Positions 36,143 through 48,507 of a stretch of 64,000 bases of DNA are shown here, in pieces. The translations under genes and the position numbers were made by a program. The notes beneath the pieces were generated by a model. The model was given only the letters and a program-made list of their open reading frames with translations, did no database searches and was not told the DNA's origin. Each line of letters begins with the position of its first letter. Position 1 is the stretch's first letter. The stretch lies in assembly GCF_006345805.1 (NCBI RefSeq), contig NC_043002.1, positions 9,362,001-9,426,000 on the forward strand. Reading direction: 5' to 3'. This DNA is from Octopus sinensis (Eukaryota).

Positions 36143-38724
36143 ATATATACAATTTTGAAATTGGCTTTGTTTCATTGGTCTTTTCAATAACCGGTTATAT
36201 GAAATTAATATATTCATTTTTTTTTTTTTTTTTAAATCTTGCTAATGCAGGTTCTGGAAAATTGCACTTTTTTGAGAGAAAAAAAATTTTCAGATTCCTG
36301 CGTTTTAGATGTCAGATGACGAATATGCCAAAAGAAATTTCTTTTTAAACTTCTCTCTATCTCTAATTTAAAGTTTTGAACTTTTTTCGAAATCTTTTTA
36401 AAAACCACCTTTGGTGGATCTGGTTCACAGTCGTCCCCACGCAAAAACAGACATTTCGGGGGGGGGGGTTCCCCCTGCGGATTCCCATGTTATCGATGAC
36501 AGAGATTCCGAATATGCAAAAGACCGTTTTCAAAATATTAAATTCACTAAGCATGTGGATATGTTTATAAATGGATGATAAAGTTTGAAATTGGGTGATG
36601 GGGGGGGGGTGAACATTAATTATTAAACTTGGTGTATATTTAATTTAAATTTAATTATTTAAGGCAAACACAAGTAAAGCGCAAATTCTTTTCACTTTAA
36701 TGTTTTTGTCTATACTCTCTTTTACTTGTTTCAGTCATTTGACTGTGGACATGCTGGAGCACCGCCTTTAGTCGAGCAAATCGCCCCCAGGACTTATTCT
36801 TTGTAAGCCTAGTACTTATTCTATCGGTCTCTTTTGCCGGACCACTCAGTTACGGGGATGTAAACACACCAGCATCGGTTGTCAAGCGATGTTGGGGGAT
36901 AAACATATACATACATACGACGGGCTTCTTTCAGTTTCCGCCTACCAAATCCACTCACAAGGCTTTGGTTGACCCGAGGCTATAGTAGGAGACACTTGCC
37001 CAAGGTGCCATGCAGTTGCACTGAACCCGGAACCATGTGGTTGGTAAACAAGCTACTTACCATGCAGCCACTCCTATGCCTATATTTAATTTCAATTTGC
37101 ATATGTTCGTCAGTTCACTACATATCTCTTTATGGGGGGAAAGAAAGGGGTGAAATTTTTTTTGGTGCATATTTATAAACTCCGACATTTGAAACTTAAG
37201 AATCCGCAAAAAAATTTTTTTTAATGCATTTTTCAGGGGCGGGGTGTGATTCTGCATTAGCCCCGCACACACACGCACGCATCTTCGTACCTCATCTCCT
37301 TTAAGCATGAATTGTGCAAACAGTGAGCCTTCATGAGCTCTCTCCAAAGCTAGATTTCATTAGTACTGAAGATTTCTCATAGCAAACACAAGATCGTTGA
37401 TATATGGCTAGAGTCGCTTCTCAAAGTCTTTTTTTTTTGTTTTTTTGTTCAGAGCCCAGAAAATGCTTGGTTCTTGTGCACAGTGGAATACTGTTATACA
37501 CAGGCGTCCTAACAGCATTCCAAGAAACCCACTAAAAACAGATTGGCATAAAATGACTCAAGTTCTACAAGCAATCCTATCTCATCTCTGCTTTTTGTAT
37601 ATCCAGAATAACCTGTGTTTTCTCGAACCTGGCTAGTCCTTTGCCACCTTCACTTGGGCATTCCTGATTCACTTCCCTCATCACCCATTTTGCATTTAAC
37701 TCCCTAACTCAGGCCATGCACTAACACCAGCCCCAATTTTTCCCCTCCTTCTTCTCTCTGTGGTTTCAGTGAAGTGAATATTAATGGCATCAATTTCACA
37801 AAAGTGCTGCCAGTGCCATTGGTAACTCTTCTTTCTTCCAGATCAAGTGAAAATACTTATTTCCAGTAGATTCATTTCAGTGATTTTGTTTTATCAATGT
37901 GTAAAAAGAGAATATTAACATTAAGTTAGGACTTTAATTGACTTCTTTTTTTTTTTTTTTTTTCTAATAATTTACTGCACAAACCTGAATTTACACTAGA
38001 GTCGAAGTAACAAGGATGTTACTAATTCATCTCAATATTCCTAAGTTGATTTAGATGCATTTACTCTTTTGATTTGTTTCAGTCATTTGACTGTCCATGC
38101 TGGAGCACCACCTTTGGTCGAACAAATCGACCCCGGGACTTATTCTTTGTAAGCCTAGTACTTATTCTATCGGTCTCTTTTGCCGAACCGCTAAGTTACG
38201 GTGACGTAAACACACCAGCATCTGTTATCAAGCAATGTTGGGGGGGACAAACATATACACACACATACATCATCATCATTGTATGTCCGTTTTCCGACGG
38301 GCTTCTTTCAGTTTCTGCCTACCAAATCCACTCACAAGGCTTTGGTCGGCCCGAAGCTATAGTAGAGGACACACATCCAATATATATAGAGAGAGTGAGC
38401 ATTATGCAGTAAGTTACCTAGACGTCAACCTTAATCTAGTCACTAATAAGATCCATTCATTCCATAAGTTGAATGAAAGCCTAAAGTATATTCTTCAAGT
38501 AACCATCCTAAATCAGTTAAAGAAACCTTAATAAATAATATAGGTAAATGAATATCTATCCTATCCTCAGATTATGGCACTTTTAATAAACATGTCCCAT
38601 ATTATAATATGGTTTAGAATTGATTTAACCCACCTCCCTCCCCTCATAATTCTTGGCCTTGTGCTAGAAGCAGTTATTTAAAAATGCTGGTTCAAAGACT
38701 TCAATAGAAGAGAGAGAAATCATT

Positions 38725-39030
38725 ATCGTTTAGCGTCCACTTTCCATGCTGGCATGAGTTGTACGGTGCAACTGGGGTCTAGGAAACCAGAAGGCTGCAC
38801 CAGGCCCAGTCTGATCTGGCAATGTCTCTATGGCTGGATGCCCTTCATAACGCCAACCACTCCATGAGTGTAGTGGGTGCTTTTTACGTGCCAGACGAGG
38901 CTGGCAAACGGCCACGATCGGATGGTGCTTTTTACGTGCCACCGGCACAGAAGCCAGTCGGGGCGGCGCTGGCAACGTCCATGTTTGGATGGTCTTCTTA
39001 TGGTATTACAATTTCCATTCATGTTGATCG
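38725..39030 (-). mobile_element. RTE LINE 3' end
   Basis: Same family motifs as 59850-60945. Confidence 0.8.
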
Positions 39031-39136
39031 ATTTTGATTTTTAAAGATATATGTAAACATAGATATTTAATGTTATGGAGATGTACTTGCATAGCGAGTG
39101 ACTTGATTTGAGATCGTGTGCTGGAACGTAAAAAAT

Positions 39137-39398
39137 TGCAGCGTGGAAGGTGTTTATAAACCATTTAAGAAACACACAAAACCGTTAGATTCACTTCAAC
39201 ATTTAAATTTAATTTGTCAAAATATTTTCGTCACTTTGAGACCACGACCTGTTCTCGTGCAGCACGAAGTTTTGTTAGTGAACAGGTCGCAGTCTCAAAG
39301 CTACGAAAATATTTTGACAAATTAAATTTAAATGTTGAAGTGAATCTAATGGTTTTTGTATGTTTCTTAAATGGCTTATAAACACCTTCCATGCTGCA
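39137..39398. mobile_element. Foldback MITE (near-perfect ~120-bp-arm palindrome)
   Basis: TGCAGCGTGGAAGGTGTTTATAA...AAATATTTTCGT...CGACCTGTTC mirrored by GAACAGGTCG...ACGAAAATATTT...TTATAAACACCTTCCATGCTGCA. Confidence 0.9.
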
Positions 39399-42016
39399 TA
39401 TATTTAATAGTTCGGTGTTTTCTCTTTCTAGGTCAGTGTTCTGGCTTTTTTGAAATGGTACCTTTTATCCAAGTGAAATCATGAATTAAGCCTTACTCTT
39501 CTTGTTTTGTTTTTTTACCCTTTTATATATAAAACGAACGTCAGTGCCCAACTTTGTCCAGGTTTAATAAAATCTAAAATACATACAATCTCATGGATTT
39601 CCTTGATTTTGGATGCTTAGCTTTTCAAAGGCTGTACTAACCTTGTAGGTCCAGGAATGGTGATTCCTGATTTAGAATTGTTGCATTCAAGCAACTCAGA
39701 AGATCATAAGTTCATATTGAACTTCAATAAAATACACAAACAATATTATTATAAATCCTAAAATAAAATTTTACTTTTACATTTGTTTATTTGGTGGGGG
39801 TGTATTTCTTTCTCTCTCTCTCTCCCCCCTTCCAAAAAAATATTGTACTAATTTACAGTTTTTTTTTCATCAGGACATTACCATTGTTATGCTTGGAGGT
39901 GAACGATTATCTATCAGGAGCTAAAAAAGGGGGGGGGGGCAATGTTTAGGAAACGTTCAGGTCTCAAGATGCAAAGCTGTGGCCTATAACTTGATGCATA
40001 TATTCACTTTTATATATTAGGAATATATGTGGTTCATATAAGCCTAGCTCGATGAGCAAATTTTTGATAATAGCCATTACAGTTCATTGTGTGCTTTGCC
40101 TTTTAGTCTGAATGGAAGCCTTGACCATTGACCAGCAGTGTTCTTCAACCTTTTGTAGCTTTGTATTCCCTTTCACCACTAAATAGCAATTTACTTATGT
40201 CCGAATTTTGTGCAATGATTTATCCATATTTTCTTGTCTTGTCTTGTCTAGTATGCACCTCCTTTCATATATATATTTCCCTGTACTGATGCCTTCTGTA
40301 TTAAATTTTATGAATAGATGGATGGAGGCATGAGTTTGTAGTTAGAAGTTCACTTCCTAACCACATGGTTTCAGGTTCAGTCCTTCTGTGAGGTACCTTC
40401 AGCAAGTGTCTCCAACTGTAGCCCCACCAAGTTGACCGAAGCTTTGTGAATAGATTTGGTAGTTAGAAATTAAGTGAAAACTTTTGTGCACATGCATGGG
40501 TGTGTTTGTGTCCATGTCTTAACATTTTGCCAGTTGTAAATAAATTTCAAGTGGTATCTAATCTTCAGTGCAAACCTGTCTGGCTTATGGGGCAGAAATA
40601 TTAACTTGTGCAGAGGAAAATGGAAGATTGATGACACAAAGGGCCTGCAACCATAGAAAACCTAACACAAGGTATTTCGTGTAACCCATGCAGGCATATA
40701 AAACTAGACTTTGAAATGGTGAATTATTTTTTAATAAGTGTAAATAGGTATGTCTCATTAACATACCATTAGGGCTGTGTATTTGGTCTGCATTATACTT
40801 GTATACAGAAGCATAATGAGAATGGTAACATAAGGGGAATAGTTAAACTGTGATTGAAAATCAAAGCTGGGTCTTGGATATGCAAAACAGAACCTATTTT
40901 AGTGTATCTTCTACCTCCCATCTTGTAAATAAAGGAGGGAAGATATGAAATGTTTAAAAGTATGTTTTTAGTTACCCTGATTACTCAGGTGTGAAGCAAG
41001 TTTTGGGGTGATTAGAGTGTATTTATTGTCTTGATAAATAGGATATTATATTATTGACTGCCACTTTATTTTATGGTTTATTTCCCCTTGCATTTAAGAC
41101 TGGTACGATACTAGAGTGTTACCTATCATGATGTGTAATGTCAGGAAATGTGGCATACATTCAATAAGTATAATTTAATTTTTATCTCATTTTGGGGTAC
41201 TATTTAAGAAGAGTGGTCCCGGTGCGCATCCGCCCCAGCTAGTCGTGACTAGTCGATCCGTACTTTGTGTTTCTGTTTTATTTACTTTGCTAGGTAGTCG
41301 TTGTAGGATCGACTACTCATGACTAGTTAGCGCAAGTGCACTATATGAAATGAAATGAAAATTATTTTTCAAAAACTCTGTTGTTTACTCCCTCTCCTTA
41401 TCTGTCTGTGATTAAGTCAACGAACATTTATAATGACTATTATTAAATAGTCCCTTTTGAGCACATTTAGCATATTTTATTTTCCTTATTTCACCAATGG
41501 TATATTTTAACTACACAACACCATGGAATACTGTTAAAAATGTATTCCTGCTTTGTCTCCGAAAAAGCTATTTATGTTATGGCTTCATTTGTTTAAATTT
41601 ATTCCTTTCTTGTTCATTTTCATCCCTACTGATGTCAGTAATTTTAATGTCTAGGCTGTTTATAGTAAAATTTTCAATTTTTTTCTATTTTCAAATTTGT
41701 CTTTCTGACTAGTTTTCGGTTGTTTGATATGCAGTGTTTTTTTAAAAAGTGTGCAGGAGTAAAAATATGTTTTCTTGGTTTAATTGTTATAGCAAAATTG
41801 CAATCACTATCTCACACAAGATATCAGGAGATAAGATTTTAGATGTTTTGAGGTATTGGTAAAATTTAGACAGTTTGCACAAACTACTAGCAGTATTGTA
41901 CTTTTACTACAATTGACTGTTGATGGACTTATCCATTTGTGTTTGCATGCACAAAGTCATCAGTCTTCTCCCACCCTGTTCAGTTCTTAACACGTTTCCT
42001 TGACTGTTGCTCTCAG

Positions 42017-42088
42017 TTTGTTAATCATCCACAGATCTCAGTAATACTTGATGAAGAGGAGGAAGAATGCTTACATTATCTCAATATG
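42017..42088 (+). CDS. SET: SET exon 2
   Basis: FVNHPQISVILDEEEEECLHYLNM; cag|...|gtgagt. Confidence 0.95.
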
Positions 42089-42261
42089 GTGAGTTGGACT
42101 CCAAAGTACCTCAGTGGGCAGTGGAGGGTTTGAAGTAGTTTTTCAATTGAATTCTAGTAAACGTTTAATTGTATTATAGGTGAGGTGTACATATTTGGAA
42201 TGATGTAAGAAAAGGTACATGTAGTGTGAACTTAGTTTATCTCTCAGTTTTTCCTTTACCT

Positions 42262-42972
42262 TTAACCCCTTAATGGATTATCCCAAGTTTACTCGTGCAT
42301 CACAAATGTATCTTTTTAGAACCAGACGAGTTTGTTTTGTGCTGTTTCATTTTTGAGCAATCACAAATTTACTCGTGGGGAAAAATATATTAAAAAAGGG
42401 ATCTTTTCATTTGATGGATTTGGCTATACTGGAATGCTTATGTTTTGTATAAAGCATCTTTGGAAACATCAGCTTCTGCTATGAGACTGCTGAGATTTAG
42501 AATGCAAATGATCACCAAGATTGTTGAAAAATGTAGGCCCTTATTGCCTCCCATGAAATCTGGAAGACCCTCATCGATCCAATATCCAACAAGATTTGGC
42601 CCGGCTGGTCACTTTCCCATGGAAATACCACCAAGTGATAAGAAAGGGAACCCTACAAGACAGTGTGCAAAATGCACAGAGAAGAGAGATGCTTAAATAA
42701 ACTATCTCATTTTTTAAAAGTTTTCCTTTGATTTAAAAGCAATACATCTTATAAAAATCAAAGATAGTTATATGTATTTTTCAATGTCCGAGTTAACTGG
42801 TTTAAGTCCAAATGGGTAAAAGTACATTTTAATTTCTATAATTAAAAATAAAGGAAACAAGATTTTTTTTAAAAACTGTTTTTTTGTAATTGACACTGTA
42901 CATAATTTTTAAAGAAAAATATGCTCTGAAATGAAACACCATGTCAAAATAATTGATCCATTAAGGGGTTAA
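42262..42972 (+). mobile_element. Non-autonomous piggyBac, family C (PGBD4-like C-terminal remnant)
   Basis: TTAA-CCCCTTAATGGAT ... ATCCATTAAGGGG-TTAA; LFHLMDLAIL and GHFPMEIPPSDKKGNPTRQCAKC. Confidence 0.9.
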
Positions 42973-44094
42973 GGCGACCAATGTTGGTTGGTGGAAATTG
43001 CGGAAATTCATCATGTGTGTGTGTATCTGAGACATTTGCTGATAACGTGCACTGAGCAAAAGTACTTAATATTTATTCTACCCAAGTTGCATAAACTGGT
43101 GTTTTCACTAATCCAAGTCCATGATGGCTTAGGTTGGACACTTTGACCAGAGCTGCACCAGGTTCCAGTCTAATTTAGCTTGTCTTCTACAGCTGAATGC
43201 CCTTCCTAACTCCAACTATGCAGTGTGTGCTGGGTGCTCTTAACCAGCACAGGACTTGTGCAGGCCAATCCTCTTCCCCAAGGAGTGGTGGACAGGTCTT
43301 CTTGAGTACAGCAAGGTGCCAAATATCTCAGTTCAGCATCCTGATGTTGTCCTTCAGCACCGCGTCCCATGTCTTCTTGGGTCTTATTCTTCCATGAATT
43401 CTATCCACTTTGTTAGATTGGCACTTTATAGAGCTATGCATTTGATTCTATTGATTTAAATATTTTAAGAAAATTGTTCCCATTTGTATTTGTTCTATAC
43501 TTTCAATGTGTGAGAACACTTATATGGAGATAAGATTCTGAAATACATGGCACCTTGGGCAAGTGGATTTGGTACACAAGCTGAAAACGCCCATTGTGTG
43601 TGCGTTATTGTCTCCTTCACATGATAGATGTGAATGTAACCATCATGAAAGAGAGTGCCCTTTGTTTCCAATCTTCTGAGAAAACATGCCCAATCATGGG
43701 GAGATTGGAAACAAGTGAGTGTTGGTGATAGAAAGGGCAGTAGACCATAGAAAAATCTGCCTTGACAAGGCTAAATACACCAATCTTATAATTTTGTGCT
43801 AAAAAGAGGTATTGAATGAGTGTAGCAACCAGTCTGACATTCTCTTTTGCTCACATTAGACAAATTTAAGCTTTCTAATTTATGTGAGAGATTTTGGTTT
43901 TGGGCATTGGATGACCTTTCAGCAATTATTCATTAGATCATAAATTGGAATAATAACTATTTTTATTAGTTTAATACTTTGCTTTTACTTAAAAAGACAT
44001 TTATTGTGTATACCATGTTTTCTCAGTAAATTGGTTCCTGGATTGATTTTTAGATGGGTGTCTGTAATGCATATCATTTTCAATTTCTCTGTAG

Positions 44095-44212
44095 GTGGAA
44101 GTCGAAGAGTTTGAGGATATTAAGTCTGGATATCGAGTCAAATTTCATTTCTCACCAAACCCCTATTTCTCAAATGACATTTTGTGCAAGGAGTTCCACT
44201 TGGCAACGACGG
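44095..44212 (+). CDS. SET: SET exon 3
   Basis: [36 protein letters not shown]; tag|...G|gtatgt. Confidence 0.95.
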
Positions 44213-44875
44213 GTATGTCAAATATTTCTTCATTGTGTAAGTGTTCTTCCTTCCGAATTGGATTGTAATCCCTTTGTTTCATGTTTGTTAACCACCCTGC
44301 TTGTTTTTTTAGTATTCTGCATGTAACCTTAATTGTGTTTGATTTTCATTGATGGGCCGTAGTTGTTGGATTGTTTATATTTTAAAGAAAGAAAGGAATG
44401 CACTGTGGAGGGCTAAAGGAATATGAATTTCATTAGTTATTTATCCAGTGTTTTGTCACTTGTGCACATGTAGGTACTGCTGCTGTTTTCAAAGTTATCT
44501 ATAATACAAAACTACTGTTACTGTTGTTTTATACAATAAATAGCACTATGACCTGGCATCATAGTGCTAGTTTCGGCAGGTTAAGAATTTGTCTTGGATG
44601 TGATAATGTCAAGTTTATGAGAGATGAGTTTTCTGTGGATGTAATTCCTGTCCAATGCAAAATATTCCAAGGACATGATTCCTTTTCCTCACAGTTAGGT
44701 GAGGTAAGGTTCTTAACTTGCCAAGGCACACCATAATGCTATTGAGCTGTCAATTCTTTCCATATAGCTGTTGAAGAGTTCTCTTGGTAACACTGCTTGC
44801 TGTGTTGGCATTGATTCTTACTTGATAAATAGGGGCTGTTTCTTTGTTTAATATTATGTTATTTCCACTTTTTAG

Positions 44876-45051
44876 GGGACCCTGCTTCAAAGTCAACATC
44901 TATCAACTGGCAGGATGGTATGGATCTGACAAAGAAGGTGCAGCGAGAGCAGATTGTGATTGCTGATAGAAAGAGAAAACATCAACCGAACCGGACTTTT
45001 TTCACCTGGTTTTTAGACAATAAGGATCCGTCAGCAGATGATATAGCTGAG
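44876..45051 (+). CDS. SET: SET exon 4
   Basis: GDPASKSTSINWQDGMDLTK...RKRKH..TFFTWF..DDIAE; tag|...|gtaaga. Confidence 0.95.
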
Positions 45052-45289
45052 GTAAGATCTTGGTCCTAGAATCTTCAGTTTGAGATGTAAATAGAAATAG
45101 TTTTGATGTATGGTTAATTGAGGCTAACCAACCAAATAAAGTTTCCGTTGCTAATGAAAGAGGTAAAAATTTCTTTTAGCTATTAAAGACTTCATGCTTA
45201 ATAAGATGTATTTACTTAACATATTCCATTTTTGTTGAATCTGAGAAAAGAAAGTAGTGATACTATAAATTATCCATTCTGACATTCAT

Positions 45290-45540
45290 CATCATCATCA
45301 TCGTTTAATGTCCGTTTTCCGGAGTCTGGGAAGCCAGGAGGCTGCACCAGGCCCAGTCTGATCTGGCAGTGTTTCTACAGCTGGATGCCCTTCCTAACGC
45401 CAACCACTCCATGAGTGTAGGGGGTGCTTTTTACGTGTCACTGGCACAGAGGCCAGTCGGGCGGCGCTGGCTATGGCCACGTTCGGATAGTTCTCTTACG
45501 TGCCACCGGCACTGGTATCACAGCTACAATTTCCATTGAT
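45290..45540 (-). mobile_element. RTE LINE 3' end
   Basis: (CAT)n tail and family motifs; internal deletion near the terminus. Confidence 0.8.
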
Positions 45541-45968
45541 GTTGTTGTTAACTTTTCTAAATATTTTCTGGACTGTACATTAACATTCAACTTGCCCTTT
45601 GCAACAAGGGCTTTGCTGTGATTCCTTCTGTGAAAGCAACCCATTTTGTTGAGCATGGTTTTATTACTTCCTTTTACCCCTTTGCACTCAAAAGAAATGC
45701 TTTGTTGGTGTGACATTCATTGTTTAATGTTTGCATAATTTAGCTGGAAGCTTTGGAAAAGAATACTTCTTTAGGTAAATTGAGACCAAATATCAAGCTA
45801 AATTTCAATTTGAAATTAAGTCCTTGACTTTGGAGAAAGTATAACTCCACCACCGCTCATGTCTGAGACATTTAGAAATTTAATATTTCTAATTTTGGTG
45901 ATCAGTGAATAGATTTCACTGAAAATATATTTGCGAAGCCTTGGCGGGCATCTCAACTAGCAGGCCTT

Positions 45969-46026
45969 GCTACCCTTGACTGATGACGAGCAAAACTCAG
46001 AAACATGCATGTCTCTAGGTGCTAGC
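45969..46026 (+). ncRNA. Type I hammerhead ribozyme (possibly degenerate)
   Basis: Stem I CCUUGA/UCUAGG (1 mismatch); CUGAUGA; C-GAG-CAAAA-CUC-A (non-canonical C10.1/A11.1); GAAA; palindromic CAUGCAUG; GUC cleavage after 46013. Confidence 0.65.
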
Positions 46027-46305
46027 CCTAGCTGTTGGGGGTGCTTGCCTCCCCTTCGCAAATATAAGGACACAGGAAATGTTTCAAAGCCGACAGGAAG
46101 CGTCGATGCTTCCTAGGGCTAAATAGCGGTGGTGTGATTCCCTGTCACGTTAAGTTGACAGCATACAACCACTTTATTGTTCCACCACCGCTCATGTCTC
46201 CCTGAGACATTTAGAAATTCAATATTTCTAATTATAATACATCTGTTCATAGAATAAATATTTTGGGAAAGCCTTTCCATTTATCTACTTTTGTTAACTT
46301 TTCAG

Positions 46306-46385
46306 GTAATCAAGGATGATATGTGGCCCAATCCGTTACAATATTTCTTGGCTCCTGACATTGAAGTAGAGGAAAATGGTGTCAG
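46306..46385 (+). CDS. SET: SET exon 5
   Basis: [26 protein letters not shown]; cag|...AG|gtatat. Confidence 0.95.
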
Positions 46386-47009
46386 GTATATATGGATTCA
46401 TTTGTTGTCTTTTTTTTATACTATTTGCAATAACTGTATTTGATCTTCATTTAATTTCCCTTTTTCTATATAAAGCTGGTGAATTGGGTTCCCATTAAAC
46501 ATTTGATCAATCCAGTTATAATTGCCCACAATAACTTCTTATGCGGGTTAATCAAAAATGGTTGTGTTATGGCCAAATGGTTAGGGTATTCAGCCCGTGG
46601 TTGTAAGTTTGATTCTCAGTAGCATGTTATGTCCTTGAAGAAGATACTTTATTTCACGTTGCTCCAGCTGGCAAAAATGAGTTGTACCTGTATTTCAAAG
46701 GTTCAACCATGTCACATTTTGTGTGTCATGCTGAGTCTCCCTAAGTACTGTGTTATGGGTACACATGGTTGTGAAATGCTCGGCCACTTGCCCATAAATT
46801 TCACAAGCAGACTCTTCTGTTGATTGGATCAGCTGGAACCCTCATCATTGTAACTAATGAAATGCCAGTTTTTAATGAGAAATTATCCAAAATGATGAAA
46901 TTTTGTAAGCCCTCTTTTAGTGTATATATCATGCTTCCATATTATTGAGTATCAGTTTGATTATATTATCAAATGACAGAAATCAGAATTTGGAAGAGTC
47001 CATTTCAGA

Positions 47010-47271
47010 TATTTGATTGCATGAGTTTTTAGGGTTTGCCAGAGGTCACATCTTACATTGGTGAGATTAAAATGAATTCAGGGTACAAGTAGGGGTTTAG
47101 CAAGGATCAGTTCTCAGCCCCCTTCTTGTTCATCATAACCCTCCAGGCAATAACAAAGAAATTTAAGATGGGCTGCCCCCTGGGAGCTCCTCTATGTGAA
47201 TGCCCATGTTTTCCTAGTCAAATCACTTCCAGAACTAGACAAGAAATTTTAGGTGTGGAATCAAGGTCTTG
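47010..47271 (+). mobile_element. Old RTE RT-core remnant, cut by a piggyBac insertion
   Basis: QGSVLSPLLFII...PWELLY. Confidence 0.7.
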
Positions 47272-48352
47272 TTAACCCTTTCGTTACTATATTTCTGACC
47301 AAAATACACCCCTTATGTGTTTCGATTAATTTTTAACATAATCATAAATTTAGTCTGGTTTCATTAAACAACTATAACTTTTTTATTTGTCAATATATTA
47401 ATGTGATTTTTGGAAGATAATTTAATGAAAGGTTCTCAACCAATACTATACTTTAATTTTTGTCACAAAGTGACTCTAATTGCAGGTAGATACAGGTAAA
47501 TTCAACAAAATATAAAATTATTAAAATTTTTGTTCAAACATTGCTATAGGAATTGGGTTATTAGCTAATATTCAATTGGGTATACAACAAAATTTTACTA
47601 TAGAATTTGTTATTCTGAGTAACTTTCTGATACCCATAATAATATTTATGGCAAAATAGGCCTTAATTTCATTTAAGGGTGTGGGAGACCACAAACTATC
47701 CTTTCTTTCGCTTTGTTTACATTTAGTATAACAGTTCATTTCCGCCATAATGATTTCAAATAAGCTCATTCAAAAAAGTAAAAAGAAATGGTCTAAAGGC
47801 TTTACTCTCCTGGGAAATATTGTGACTTGGTCCAGTTTCTTCAGAAAAATCGCTGAAAGGAACAGTTTTTAAATTTTCACTCCATTCAGATGCCAATTCA
47901 TTTTCTTTATCGCTGTCGGAGCTCTCGGATTCACTGCTTTCATTTTCAGAGAATGAAACATTGGATTCATTATCAAATACCACTTGCTTTTTTTTTTTTC
48001 AGTCATAGAGTAAGATTTATCAAGGTCTTCAGTAGAAAGTCCTTCGAATTCTGACCCGCTGCTTGATAGAATGAAATTCGTATCCATTTTTTGTCAGAAT
48101 TACAAATTTTGAAAACACAATAGGAACAAATTTGGGGAAAAAAATCTCCCAAAATTCACGGATTTAAAATTACACTTCAATTGTTGTACAGAACTGTAGA
48201 TGAACTGTTTACGAAGTATAATCACGTGTTTTCACGAATGTACTAATGAGATTTGCTCTGATATTCTCATTTAAATATGAATAGATAATTACGGGTGGCT
48301 TGGTCGCATGAACCAAAATTTTTTGGGAGTGGTTTGGTAACAAAAGGGTTAA
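47272..48352 (-). mobile_element. Internally deleted piggyBac, family A (1073 bp)
   Basis: TTAA-CCCTTTCGTTAC ... GTAACAAAAGGG-TTAA; minus-strand acidic N-terminus SSSGSEFEG, PFSDFSEETGP, EMNCY, EIKAYFAINIIMG. Confidence 0.9.
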
Positions 48353-48427
48353 GTTACAATGTAATATGTGCTTTTATGAGCATGCAGTTTGATGTTTTAT
48401 TGCAATACTGTTTGTTTTTCTAACTAG

Positions 48428-48507
48428 TGATGAAGATGATGATGATGATGAACTAGATGAATCTGTTGTCGTTGTGAATGAAGATGATGATGACGATGAT
48501 GATGATG
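48428..48507 (+). CDS. SET: SET exon 6 (acidic tail)
   Basis: (S)DEDDDDDELDESVVVVNEDDDDDDDD; tag|T...G|gtgagc; phases 2 to 1 fit the neighbours. Confidence 0.85.

Larger units (their letters stand above)
32402..42016 (+). other. SET: SET intron 1, U12-type GT-AG (9,615 nt)
   Basis: 5' GTATCCTTT; branch TTTCCTTGAC at 41995-42004 with its A 13 nt before the end of the intron; no long pyrimidine tract. Confidence 0.9.

Noticed and set aside
41939-42133. 64-aa ORF as a stand-alone gene (similarly 44054-44326)
   Set aside because: These overlap SET exon 2 and exon 3; the flanking residues are intronic, and the second ORF is in another frame.
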